Positions 35,935 through 45,643 of a DNA stretch of 64,000 bases are shown here, one piece after another (the first letter of the stretch is position 1; every line of letters starts with the position of its first letter). The position numbers and the translations under genes are program-made. The notes below the pieces were generated by a model. That model saw only the letters and a list, made by a program, of their open reading frames with translations, had not been told where the DNA came from and did no database searches. Location of the stretch: positions 1 through 64,000 of the IMG/VR virus record IMGVR_UViG_3300042564_004805. One strand, given 5' to 3'. Source of the stretch: a virus (taxonomy: Duplodnaviria; Heunggongvirae; Uroviricota; Caudoviricetes).

Positions 35935-36843
35935 ATGATCCCACGCGGTGGCACTGAACTCATGATGGCCAATCTCTCTCAACAACTGGGAGGTTGGCCA
36001 ACATCGTTGAATCTCATAGTAAGCAATTGCAGCTTACATCAAATAGATCCCAACAAAAAGAACGTTGTTTGGCAGCATCTCGACACCGACCAAGAGGCCA
36101 GTCAAGGTGCGGCTAATCCACAGTTTCAACAGGCTGTTGCTTGCTGGATATTTGTAAGTGAATGGCAACGTATAAAATGGATAAACTATTTTGGCATAGA
36201 TCCAAACAAAACAGTTGTGATCCGCAATGCCATACACTCTTTCAATTGGCAACTCAAACCCGCCTCTCAGCAAATTGAAATGATCTACACCAGCACTCCT
36301 TGGAGAGGACTTGATGTGTTGCTGGATGCTGTAGACCAACTGCAATATCAAAACTGGCGTCTCACAGTTTACAGCAGCACCATTATCTATGGCAAAGGTT
36401 TCAGTGACAGCACCATGAGAGGCTATCAGTCTTTGTTTGATCGCTGTCGCCAGCACACTCAAATCCAGTATGTTGGTTACGGGCTCAATCAAGCTGTGAG
36501 AAAGAGATTGCAAGGCAGTCACTTATGGGTATATCCCAGCACTTTCCCAGAAACCAGCTGCATCTCAGCAATAGAGGCTGCTAGTGCTGGGTGCCAGGTG
36601 GTCACCACTCGACTTGGTGCTCTTGAAGAAACCCTTGGCGAAAGTGCTTGTTTTGTAGACTATACTACCAACAAACGGGTATTGTCAGCAGCCTTTGCTA
36701 AATCTCTTGATAACCAATTGAGCAAATATGATTCAAATAACCCTCAATGGCAAAATCAAGCATTATTATTTGACAAACTCTACAGTTGGAACACTAGAAT
36801 ACACGAATGGCAAATTTTAATCAATCAACTCGTCGCAGAGTAA
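35935..36843 (+). CDS. glycosyltransferase (GT-B, group 1/GT4-like C-domain)
   Basis: RGLDVLLDAV...EAASAGCQVVTTRLGALEE resembles the Glycos_transf_1 C-terminus; starts 11 nt after the fibre stop. Confidence 0.55.
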   Translation: MIPRGGTELMMANLSQQLGGWPTSLNLIVSNCSLHQIDPNKKNVVWQHLDTDQEASQGAANPQFQQAVACWIFVSEWQRIKWINYFGIDPNKTVVIRNAIHSFNWQLKPASQQIEMIYTSTPWRGLDVLLDAVDQLQYQNWRLTVYSSTIIYGKGFSDSTMRGYQSLFDRCRQHTQIQYVGYGLNQAVRKRLQGSHLWVYPSTFPETSCISAIEAASAGCQVVTTRLGALEETLGESACFVDYTTNKRVLSAAFAKSLDNQLSKYDSNNPQWQNQALLFDKLYSWNTRIHEWQILINQLVAE

Positions 36844-37505
36844 TGATAGGCACCCCTAGCTATGATGGCAAGGTAGAGGTCAGCTACACTAGCAGTTTAT
36901 TTTATACTACTAAAGCTGCTGAAAAAAGAAACATTGAACTTTTACCCTTATGGGTCAGCTTCGATGCATTGATTCAAAGAGCTAGAAATGACACCTTGCA
37001 ATTAGCATATGAGATCGGTGTTGATGATCTCGTATGGATTGATCAAGATATTGAATGGACCCCGCAACAGTTTTTTAAACTACTGGATCATCCTGTAGAT
37101 GTTGTGGGTGGCACATATCCCAAAAAAGGGGATCGTCCAGAATATGTTGTAAGACAAATGACTAAACGCCCTATTGACCCGCAAACTGGTTTGATGGAAG
37201 TTGATGGCTTGGGCACAGGATTTGCACGCATGAGTCGACAAGCTATAAACCATTTGTGGAACACCAGTCAAGCCTATATTGATCCCAAAGACATGAAGCA
37301 ACGCCGAATGATCTGTGATGTGATAGTTACCAACACCGGTCTTATGAGTGAGGACATACGTATGTTTGAAAAACTTCAGGAAGGCGGATTTCCCATATAT
37401 CTTGACACCACAATCACTTGCAAGCACGGCGGCTATAAGCAATATCAGGGTGACTTCCTACAATGGTACACAGGGCTGGGACAGACAAAAGGCCGGCAAT
37501 TGTGA
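36807..37505 (+). CDS. putative glycosyltransferase (GT-A-like)
   Basis: weak GT2-like features (RRVMIGTPSYDG...VWIDQDIEW); embedded in the glycosyltransferase cluster. Confidence 0.4.
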   Translation: MANFNQSTRRRVMIGTPSYDGKVEVSYTSSLFYTTKAAEKRNIELLPLWVSFDALIQRARNDTLQLAYEIGVDDLVWIDQDIEWTPQQFFKLLDHPVDVVGGTYPKKGDRPEYVVRQMTKRPIDPQTGLMEVDGLGTGFARMSRQAINHLWNTSQAYIDPKDMKQRRMICDVIVTNTGLMSEDIRMFEKLQEGGFPIYLDTTITCKHGGYKQYQGDFLQWYTGLGQTKGRQL

Positions 37506-37573
37506 CTACCTACAAGTGTTGGTCAAGTTCTCAACAGCTTTTTAGTCTATTATAGGCAGATGAATCTTAAATT

Positions 37574-37603
37574 TTGGCAAAAATAGTCAATTTGCCTTAT
37601 AAT
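37574..37603 (+). promoter_or_regulatory. sigma70-like promoter (TTGGCA-18-TATAAT) internal to the plus-strand cluster
   Basis: ttggca at 37574-37579 and tataat at 37598-37603; AGGAA Shine-Dalgarno site before the ATG at 37628. Confidence 0.5.
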
Positions 37604-37627
37604 ATCTTGAAGCTTCGAGGAACTAGA

Positions 37628-38560
37628 ATGACAAAAAAGATATTTTGGATAGACGGTGGTGCTGGTAGAGTAATCACCGCTATTCCTGCATTAATCAAAT
37701 ACGGTCGATTGCATCCCAACAGCGAATGGGCTGTGTTGGTTGGGGCATGGGATTTCTTATACTGGGGTATTCCCGAGCTGCAAGATCGCACCTACAATCT
37801 TGATACAAAAGGTGTTTTTGACAACGTAGTCAAGAATGCTGATCAAATAGTAACCCCGGAGCCTTATCGTATCCCAGCATATTTTAGGCAAGAGATAAGT
37901 TTGGCTGAAGCTTTTGACAGGGAAATCAACCAAACTACAGATCACAGTGATTTATTGCCACCACGCTTGGCATTCAATCAACAAGAAACTCTAGTAGCCA
38001 AGAATACCATAGCTGATCTCAAAAGTGTGAGCAAAAAGAACAAAACTATTGTATTTCAACCCTTTGGCCGTGGTGCCAAACTGGATCGTGCCACAGTGAT
38101 TGACGAAGAAAGCAGAAGCTTAAGCTCAAACGACTATTTGAGCCTGAGCCGGCGTCTTAATCAAAAATACAACATGATCTTTTTTGGCGAGCCTGACTTT
38201 CAATTGAAAGACGACAACTGGAGTGCCAAATACACTGCTGATTTAAGAGTTTGGTCAGCTCTAGTTGCCAACTCTGACTATTTTGTAGGATGTGACAGTG
38301 TAGGCCAGCATATTGCTAGAGCCTCTGGAGTACCAGGCACAGTAATTATTGGGAGTACGTTTCCCAAGAACACCAGCTATCCAGATTACTTTCAAATAAT
38401 TGAAAAGCCTGCTGCTAGGAAATATAGTCCTATTCGTATTGCTGGTCTGGACGTAAATCTCAGCAATAGGCTGAATGAAGGCACAATGAAATTCTCAACC
38501 AAAGAACTAGACGACATCTATCAAAAGATTGTTGCAGATATTGAAAGGAAAACACGCTGA
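37628..38560 (+). CDS. glycosyltransferase family 9-like (heptosyltransferase-like)
   Basis: KKIFWIDGGAGRVITAIPALIKY N-terminus typical of GT9; start set at MTKKIF. Confidence 0.5.
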   Translation: MTKKIFWIDGGAGRVITAIPALIKYGRLHPNSEWAVLVGAWDFLYWGIPELQDRTYNLDTKGVFDNVVKNADQIVTPEPYRIPAYFRQEISLAEAFDREINQTTDHSDLLPPRLAFNQQETLVAKNTIADLKSVSKKNKTIVFQPFGRGAKLDRATVIDEESRSLSSNDYLSLSRRLNQKYNMIFFGEPDFQLKDDNWSAKYTADLRVWSALVANSDYFVGCDSVGQHIARASGVPGTVIIGSTFPKNTSYPDYFQIIEKPAARKYSPIRIAGLDVNLSNRLNEGTMKFSTKELDDIYQKIVADIERKTR

Positions 38561-40257
38561 TGAAAATAATGGCCATCAATCCCGGTCACAACAGCAGTGT
38601 GGCGCTTGTTGAAGACGGTAAGTTGCTGTTTTATAGCGAGGAAGAACGATGGAGTCGCCTAAAGTATGACGGTAATCCATTTAGAGCCATGCTATGGGTA
38701 CTAACTAATCATTTGGTAGACCACTTGATCATTGGTGGGACCACCACTAATTGGGTTACTCTTCCTTGGACTAACGAGAATGCCTATGCTGCATTAGCTC
38801 GCAAATTCAGTCCTAATGTGCAAGTTACCCTAATGGGCCATCTACATCACTTGGGTCATGCAGCTAATGCCTTCTATGGCAGTGGTTTTGAAACAGCATG
38901 CGCCTTGGTCGTAGATGGGGCCGGAAGCTATGTGCAAGAAAGCATGGGAGAAGGACTACCACTTACTGGGGGTTTTGAAACTGAAAGCATCTATCATTGC
39001 AGCTATCCACATGAGTTCAACGCAGTTTACAAAAGATACAGTGACGGTGCGGAAACCAGCCTCTACTACGACAACGGTATCCAAGAATTTGATAATAATG
39101 TTACTATTGTTAAGGCATACGAGAGTGTAAGTGATTATTTAGGATTTGGGGCTATTGAAGCTGGGAAGACCATGGGACTAGCTCCTTATGGCCAAGAAGA
39201 CAGCAACATTCCTGCCTTTTTCATCAACAATAAAGGCAACAAGAACTTGTTGATTCCTCGATATCCCACCGGCGCACACATTGACGAGAATAGATTTCCT
39301 TACTTGCGTAGATACACACAACCAAGTGACTGGCATAATAACTTTGAATTAGTGCGAGATCAAGACAAGAATCTAGCCTACCATGTGCAGAAAGAAACTG
39401 AAGAGCAGATGGTGAAGTTGATTGAGCGTGCTATTGACATTACTGGAGAAAATCGCATTGTAATCAGTGGTGGTTATGCACTCAACTGTGTTGCCAACTA
39501 CAAATATCTAGAACGTTTCCCTAATATTGAGTTTTACATTGATCCCATTGCACATGATGGTGGAACAGCCATTGGTTTAGCTCGGCATGCTTATTATGTT
39601 CTGAGCCAAGATACTACACCTCAACCACTCTCTCATCTCTACTTGAGTGTGTTGCCAGACTATAATCAGATTGAAACCACTATTGCTTCTGTTGAAGGTA
39701 TCAGCATGAGAGACACATCACCTGCTGAAGTGGCACTACTGCTGGCAGAAGGCAATATTGTGGCTTTGTTTCAAGGCGCTAGTGAAGGTGGGCCTCGTGC
39801 ACTAGGCAACAGAAGCATTCTTTTTGATCCTCGAGTAACCAACGGCAAGGATATTGTTAACCAAGTTAAAAATCGTGAATGGTTCCGCCCTTTTGCTGCG
39901 AGTGTGATGGCAGAACATGCAAATGACTGGTTTGACATGCGCAATCTCAATGAAAGCCCTTACATGATGTATGCTGTAAATGTGAAGGAAAGCCAAAGAG
40001 AGTTGATTCCTGCAGTTACACATGTGGATGGCACCTGCAGAGTACAAACTGTCACCAGCGAGCAAAACTTGCATTTGTATCAGCTGCTAGATGCTTTTCG
40101 GCAACAAACCGAAACACCGTTGCTGTTTAACACTAGTTTCAATCTAGCTGGGCAGCCATTGGTGGAAACACTGGTAGACGCCTTGATAACAATCTTCAAC
40201 TGTGATATCCACTACCTGTATCTTCCCGATCTGGGAATGTTAGTATGCAAACAGTAA
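38560..40257 (+). CDS. carbamoyltransferase (NodU/CmcH family)
   Basis: N-terminus MKIMAINPGHNSSVALVEDGKLLFYSEEERWSRLKYD matches Carbam_trans_N; length 565 aa fits. Confidence 0.8.
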   Translation: MKIMAINPGHNSSVALVEDGKLLFYSEEERWSRLKYDGNPFRAMLWVLTNHLVDHLIIGGTTTNWVTLPWTNENAYAALARKFSPNVQVTLMGHLHHLGHAANAFYGSGFETACALVVDGAGSYVQESMGEGLPLTGGFETESIYHCSYPHEFNAVYKRYSDGAETSLYYDNGIQEFDNNVTIVKAYESVSDYLGFGAIEAGKTMGLAPYGQEDSNIPAFFINNKGNKNLLIPRYPTGAHIDENRFPYLRRYTQPSDWHNNFELVRDQDKNLAYHVQKETEEQMVKLIERAIDITGENRIVISGGYALNCVANYKYLERFPNIEFYIDPIAHDGGTAIGLARHAYYVLSQDTTPQPLSHLYLSVLPDYNQIETTIASVEGISMRDTSPAEVALLLAEGNIVALFQGASEGGPRALGNRSILFDPRVTNGKDIVNQVKNREWFRPFAASVMAEHANDWFDMRNLNESPYMMYAVNVKESQRELIPAVTHVDGTCRVQTVTSEQNLHLYQLLDAFRQQTETPLLFNTSFNLAGQPLVETLVDALITIFNCDIHYLYLPDLGMLVCKQ

Positions 40258-40687
40258 ATTTAAAAGAGTTTCACTTGAGCAGTGCGTTACCTGGAGCAGG
40301 TAGCCCACTGCTCAACAGCATAATTAAACAAAATCCAAAGTTCTCTGCCACTATAAGTGATCCTTTGCATAGTTTTGTGCACATCCTTATAAGAGACATC
40401 AACAGCCCTGTTGGTGTGGTTGCACAAATAACTTGAGATCGACGCCGGCAAATACTCACAATGAGTTTGATATTGGATAGCATACAGTCCAAAAAAAGTG
40501 GTCGCTACTACCAATTCTCCAAGAGACTTGACGACTGTGTTGTAGGATCTGTAATTACCTTATGATTTTTTGGTAATGAAACAGCTTAGAATTACAAAAT
40601 ATCCTCTAGATTCACGCATATAGCAGATCTTTTAACAAAAGTATGCAACACTGGAAGTTTCATACACCTACAAGAAAGCAATTATAA

Positions 40688-41563
40688 ATGGCAGGCACCT
40701 TATATGGGATGATAACTGTTGCAAGCAGCAACCAATATACACATGTAGCCCTTACAAGTTTTTTCAAACACACAAAATTATCTGCAGAAGATAGGTTTGT
40801 GTTGATTGACAACGACGGAGAATGGACTAAAAACTGGCATTTGGACTGTTTTGATCCCAACCTAGTATATGTGAATTCAAACCCTCAGAATTTTAGCACA
40901 AATATCAATCAATTGCTGAGATGGGCTGATGAACAATATGCAGATTTAGTTTTCCTCAGCAATGATGTTGTTTTTACCCCCAAGTGGGCTACCCGTCTAG
41001 TGATAAATGACAGGACAGTGAGCATTCCCAGTTGTAATCAAACTCATTTTTATGGCTTTGACCCTACCTTAAATCTACAGCAATTTGGTGGTAGATTTCT
41101 ACATTTGAATGTAGCTGCTCACACACATGCTGCACGGTCACCAGCACCTTTTGAGCGCCTTCTCATGCCCACCTATGTATGTAGAATTCCACGTCTAATT
41201 TACCAAGAAGTTGGAGGCTTTGATGAAGCGTTCAACATGGGAGGTGAAGATGTGGACTATAGATTGCGCCTACTTCAAAAAGGCTTTGAAATCAAATATT
41301 GCAGCAGTTATTTGCTACACTTCAACGGTTGCAGTAGTTGGAACGGGGCGGAAACCTTAGCTGAAACTCAACTGCGTAACCGGTTGTATATGCAAACTTT
41401 TATTGAGAAATGGGGAGAAGATTTACACGACTTGTGTATGAGTTCAGGACAACCAACATCTATTATTGAAAAATATCAATTACACGGGTTACTTAACGAA
41501 TGCCGTTTCAACGACATAATAAAATCCTTGCTAACTGCACTAGAGTTCAATAAAGTTATATAA
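40688..41563 (+). CDS. glycosyltransferase family 2-like
   Basis: MITVASSNQY...FVLIDNDGEW...FLSNDVVFTP suggests a GT-A fold. Confidence 0.45.
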   Translation: MAGTLYGMITVASSNQYTHVALTSFFKHTKLSAEDRFVLIDNDGEWTKNWHLDCFDPNLVYVNSNPQNFSTNINQLLRWADEQYADLVFLSNDVVFTPKWATRLVINDRTVSIPSCNQTHFYGFDPTLNLQQFGGRFLHLNVAAHTHAARSPAPFERLLMPTYVCRIPRLIYQEVGGFDEAFNMGGEDVDYRLRLLQKGFEIKYCSSYLLHFNGCSSWNGAETLAETQLRNRLYMQTFIEKWGEDLHDLCMSSGQPTSIIEKYQLHGLLNECRFNDIIKSLLTALEFNKVI

Positions 41564-41566
41564 ATA
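41559..41566 (+). promoter_or_regulatory. T4-late-type promoter TATAAATA
   Basis: TATAAATA overlaps the upstream stop; 10 nt later AAGGAG, then the ATG at 41591. Confidence 0.5.
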
Positions 41567-41590
41567 TGTTATATCCAAGGAGAAAAAAAC

Positions 41591-41899
41591 ATGAGTGAGA
41601 CAGTGGGATCAATTATTGATCCACAAACAATAACTACTGAAATTGTTTTAAGTGAAAGAGTAGTAACAAATGAGTTTGTTATTGCTGAAATTTATGAAAG
41701 CATTGTGAACCGTTCTGTGCGGGCTGAGATTGAGCTTGGGCCATTTGTTACTGACACAAGACCAGATGGCAGCACGCAAACAAGAGGAAGCAGTCGTCGA
41801 GGGATTACAGTGTGGGACAATGATGCGTATGATGCTATAAGGGACACTTGGCGCAACGAAGATCTCATTACACGTATCAAGACCATTTTGAACGGATAA
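41591..41899 (+). CDS. hypothetical protein (late-type expression signals)
   Basis: 102-aa ORF with TATAAATA plus AAGGAG upstream and a strong terminator downstream. Confidence 0.55.
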   Translation: MSETVGSIIDPQTITTEIVLSERVVTNEFVIAEIYESIVNRSVRAEIELGPFVTDTRPDGSTQTRGSSRRGITVWDNDAYDAIRDTWRNEDLITRIKTILNG

Positions 41900-41920
41900 T
41901 TTAAGTTATGCAAAAACATG

Positions 41921-41950
41921 AAAACGGAGGGCATATTGTCCTCCGTTTTC
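41921..41950. terminator. bidirectional rho-independent terminator
   Basis: AAAACGGAGGgcatattgtCCTCCGTTTT: perfect 10-bp stem between convergent genes. Confidence 0.75.
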
Positions 41951-42159
41951 ACCTATGGTGCTATAGACGTGCACGCGGGGAAGACTGATTCACAAACAAC
42001 CTTACACGTAGAAAGTTGATTTGGCTTGAGGTATCATAAATCCTTTTGAGGATCGCAACCTTGCTAGTGCATATGAAAGGAACGCAGTAGCTAAAAAGAA
42101 CAAAGGTGCAGTGCTCCACAACGCTGCACCCTTGTTCTTGGTAACTCTAGTAGCTGAGT

Positions 42160-43374
42160 TTAGTTTGCGTTCATGCTCGGAATAAGTGACGAATATTGTT
42201 TCACAAAAACTTTCCATGAACTCAGTTGATTTGGCTTGATGGGGTGGTCACGTGTAGTTGCCATAAACGACCGAGCACCCATTACAACCATCTCCGGTTC
42301 AAAGTTGTCCATCATGAACTGGAAGAAGCGATCGGCGCTCTTATACATGTCATCGTGCGAATTCTTCACACCATTCTGCTTATTACTCTCAGCTTTCTTG
42401 ACATCATCTGTGAGCTCATACACCAGTGCAGTGGTCAGTGCATAGCAAATGTCCATCTGCTTCACGTTCAGCTTGGTGACTGTGCCATCAAGGATGTCGC
42501 GTGCACGGGGTAGGTTAGCTGCTTGTCGACGATAGCTGAGGAACTTCAGGGCAGGACCCTCACCTACAGTGCCCTTGATGAGATCGCCAAGCACATCTGC
42601 TGGCAGATCCGTCTCGCGGTAGCTGCCATCCAGTTGGGGCTCATACAGCAGTTCGCTGACAAAGCTCCAGCTACGTGGGGTAGCAAACGCATAGCTTTCG
42701 CGACGGGGATCAAAGTCAAAGAGATCATTGGGCTGATAGCTGAGGTAACCCACCACATGCTCGTGGATGCGATTCATCATAGCCCATTCCTGCCAGTCAT
42801 CAAAGTCCACAGCCAGCGTTGCATGGATGAAGCGATTTGCCAGCGGAGTTGGCATGTTGTAGGCCACACCCTTGTCACGCACTCGGTTACCAGCAGCAAC
42901 CATCACTGCATCATCAGGCAGCTGGTAACTGCCAATGCGCCGGTTCAGGATCAGCTGATATGTGGCAGCCTGCACAGAGGGTGGTGCTGCGCTCATCTCA
43001 TCAAAAAACACCATTGCGCGGCTGTTGGGATCAGTGGGCAGATCGGTAGGGTTGCTCCACTTGAAAATCTTCTCTGTCAGTGGAACGTTGTGCTCATTCT
43101 TTACCACGTTGCCTTCTGCATCGCGGATAGTCACTTCTGCGAGGTGCGGAATGCCTCGAATGTCAGTGGCCTCAAGTAGGGGAAGTCGAATGTCAATCAG
43201 TGGGCGCTTCTGAGCACGAGCAACCTCTGCAACAATGTCACTCTTGCCAATGCCAGGAGGGCCGGCGATGAAGAGAGGTCGCTTCCTACGCGTCACGTGA
43301 TCGATCATCACCTTCAGCTTGCTGGGACTGACAGTAGTGATTGTCTGGATTTTCTCTTGAGCTGCCTTAGCCAT
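42160..43374 (-). CDS. MoxR-like AAA+ ATPase
   Basis: Walker A FIAGPPGIGKSDI; AAA_5-type core. Confidence 0.8.
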   Translation of the reverse strand: MAKAAQEKIQTITTVSPSKLKVMIDHVTRRKRPLFIAGPPGIGKSDIVAEVARAQKRPLIDIRLPLLEATDIRGIPHLAEVTIRDAEGNVVKNEHNVPLTEKIFKWSNPTDLPTDPNSRAMVFFDEMSAAPPSVQAATYQLILNRRIGSYQLPDDAVMVAAGNRVRDKGVAYNMPTPLANRFIHATLAVDFDDWQEWAMMNRIHEHVVGYLSYQPNDLFDFDPRRESYAFATPRSWSFVSELLYEPQLDGSYRETDLPADVLGDLIKGTVGEGPALKFLSYRRQAANLPRARDILDGTVTKLNVKQMDICYALTTALVYELTDDVKKAESNKQNGVKNSHDDMYKSADRFFQFMMDNFEPEMVVMGARSFMATTRDHPIKPNQLSSWKVFVKQYSSLIPSMNAN

Positions 43375-43447
43375 GTCTGCGTGTGTCCTTGCTGTTGTGT
43401 ATTACCAGCTGAATATATGGCAGGTATTTTTTACGTCAACACAAAAA

Positions 43448-43843
43448 TCATCCGAACATTTCAGCCCACGTCAGTATATTGCCACCCGCCATCTCCAGTT
43501 CCATAGCACGCTCAGAATGAAAAACTACAAACCGTTTTTGATCATAGTGATAAGGGCTTTTCACACTCCTATACAGATGGATGTGAACCTTTGGAATATT
43601 AAATGTGTTGAAAGGCTGTTTGCTGATATCAAATTCCCAAAATTGGTACATCCTACAAAGGATCAGAAGCCCTGTTGATGTTAACCGAAAACTAGGGCGT
43701 GTGCTGCTCCAATTTACAAACAGAATTTTACAAAAACCTTCAAAACCACCTTCCACAAGGTTTTCTGGAAAAGCTTGCTCAGTTGCATCTGGGTTGATCT
43801 GCTCGCAAAAATCTTCCCAGATTGCCCGCTGTAATTGGGTCAC
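43448..43843 (-). CDS. hypothetical protein
   Basis: ORF only. Confidence 0.4.
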   Translation of the reverse strand: MTQLQRAIWEDFCEQINPDATEQAFPENLVEGGFEGFCKILFVNWSSTRPSFRLTSTGLLILCRMYQFWEFDISKQPFNTFNIPKVHIHLYRSVKSPYHYDQKRFVVFHSERAMELEMAGGNILTWAEMFG

Positions 43844-44173
43844 TTACACCTTGGGAGGTCTAGATATCTTAACACCTTGGGAAAACTCAAACACTTCAAA
43901 TTTAGTTGTTTTGAACATTTTGTTAAGTTTATCAGCAAGATTGAAGGCATGCCCAGGACTTTCTGGAAAAGTGACCCTACGATATTTTGGATTTGAATCG
44001 TCATGCAGTGTATTGACACTCTTGAGGTTGATGGGGGTTCCATCATAAAATACAGCATAAATTGCCTTGGCCGCAATAATCTGTTCGCTCTGAAATGTCT
44101 TGGGATCAGTGTAGCTCAACAACACTTTGGGCTTGGGACGACTCATGACTATTGCCTTGTTTCTGGTGTGCAA
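43844..44173 (-). CDS. hypothetical protein
   Basis: ORF only. Confidence 0.4.
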   Translation of the reverse strand: MHTRNKAIVMSRPKPKVLLSYTDPKTFQSEQIIAAKAIYAVFYDGTPINLKSVNTLHDDSNPKYRRVTFPESPGHAFNLADKLNKMFKTTKFEVFEFSQGVKISRPPKV

Positions 44174-44199
44174 TATTTATGAGTCGTGAGTTTTCTCAG

Positions 44200-44613
44200 T
44201 CAGTCCACCTCGTAAACCACTCGCTTGAAAGTGGCAAAACGCTCCTCATGGGTCATGTTCTTGAGTTTTTTGCTGAGAATACTGAAGAGAAAGCTGAGAA
44301 AACGCTCAGGCACAAACTGAGTGTCTTTGCACACATGAGCATAGACATTGGGATTTAACAGTCGCATATCACGGATCAGCTCATGTTCACCATCTTTGCA
44401 GATGTTTGCTTGATACCATTTGCCACCCATGCATAGCCACATCCAAAATGTGGTGAAACTGCGAGATGTGAACAAAAGGCTGCCAGCAGCAATTACGCAA
44501 GTGGTGCCCTCTGAGGTTGGCAACCGGTCTACCAGGACACTTTCACCCAAATCGCTGGCGATTCGGAGGCATTCCAAATCTGAATGCTGGAAGTCTAGTA
44601 ATCGTTGTCCCAT
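44200..44613 (-). CDS. hypothetical protein
   Basis: ORF only. Confidence 0.4.
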   Translation of the reverse strand: MGQRLLDFQHSDLECLRIASDLGESVLVDRLPTSEGTTCVIAAGSLLFTSRSFTTFWMWLCMGGKWYQANICKDGEHELIRDMRLLNPNVYAHVCKDTQFVPERFLSFLFSILSKKLKNMTHEERFATFKRVVYEVD

Positions 44614-45287
44614 GTTACTCCTCCCTTTGTAAGTTGCTCTACCGCAGTCAATAGCAATTCTTTGCTGGCTTCAAAACCATGCAAATGATATTTCAAGGTT
44701 CTCAAGGGCAAGTTGCGGGTGTTGTCAGAGTCTTTCAAGAGCAGCTCTCCAGAAAGGCTGCCCCAAGCAGCAGATTCTGAAGCCAGCAGTGTTTTCCCAT
44801 CTGTGGCAAACTCACAATTGTGGAAGTCAAAGCTGTCCCAAACCTTCTCTACACTTTCTCCAAAGCGGCGTTTGATCATTTGCACTGTTATTCCTGTGAG
44901 CGGGGAATCACCTGGCATCCGATAAGTGATGGCATTATCACTTTGGTGTGCAACGTAAAACTTGTTTTTGGGTTTGGTCTGTAGGCATTTGAAGTTGTTG
45001 AAAAGCTCTACTGTGAAGGTGTTGTCTTCTTGTTCCATGCATTCAGTTTCTTTTTCAAACTCCTCCTGCACATTCACCATAAGAGAGGTTTCAAAGATTT
45101 TTTTCCAAGTGGCCAGCTGTTCCCCGCTGGTGAAAAACACATCTAAGTCACCAGTAGTCCAGGGATTGTTTTCCCAAAGTTTGCGTGCCGCGCCGCCAGC
45201 AATCCAAGGCCCTTCAGTAATACTCAAAGGAGGCATTCGAGCAATCAAAGTTTGGAATAAGGGATCAACCACAGGCTTCATCAACAT
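44595..45287 (-). CDS. hypothetical protein (possible nucleotidyltransferase-like GGAAR..GDLDVFF)
   Basis: weak G[GS]...D.D pattern. Confidence 0.4.
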   Translation of the reverse strand: MLMKPVVDPLFQTLIARMPPLSITEGPWIAGGAARKLWENNPWTTGDLDVFFTSGEQLATWKKIFETSLMVNVQEEFEKETECMEQEDNTFTVELFNNFKCLQTKPKNKFYVAHQSDNAITYRMPGDSPLTGITVQMIKRRFGESVEKVWDSFDFHNCEFATDGKTLLASESAAWGSLSGELLLKDSDNTRNLPLRTLKYHLHGFEASKELLLTAVEQLTKGGVTWDNDY

Positions 45288-45643
45288 CAGAACGTGCCTC
45301 CATTGAGATCTAGATTGCGTGGGGTTGATTGCAGTTGCCCCACAAGTTTTTCTTGTAGTTCCATCACTTTTTGTGCAAGATTTACATCGCGAGCCAACAA
45401 TGCAGTTAAGCTCAAGGCCAAACTTTCCGCGTCTTCTCTTGACATGCGAATCTCTTTTGAGTTGTAGTCGCGAGCAGTGTTCACCAGTTTCACAAACTGA
45501 TTGATGGGATCACTGGAAAAGTTGCTGCTCATGGCTGTTTTTGTCCCTCTTTTTGTTTTTTGTTGAGCACTGTATTGAGTTCCAACTTGCTGGAAAATGG
45601 CCCCACAGTAGGGGCGTTTTCTACAGTTTCCATCTTGGGACAA
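45287..45643 (-). CDS. hypothetical protein
   Basis: ORF only. Confidence 0.4.
   Translation of the reverse strand: MSQDGNCRKRPYCGAIFQQVGTQYSAQQKTKRGTKTAMSSNFSSDPINQFVKLVNTARDYNSKEIRMSREDAESLALSLTALLARDVNLAQKVMELQEKLVGQLQSTPRNLDLNGGTF

Noticed and set aside
40245-40436. 63-aa plus-strand ORF in the 430-bp gap after the carbamoyltransferase
   Set aside because: It overlaps the carbamoyltransferase stop in another frame and has no Shine-Dalgarno site or promoter. Possible, but unsupported.
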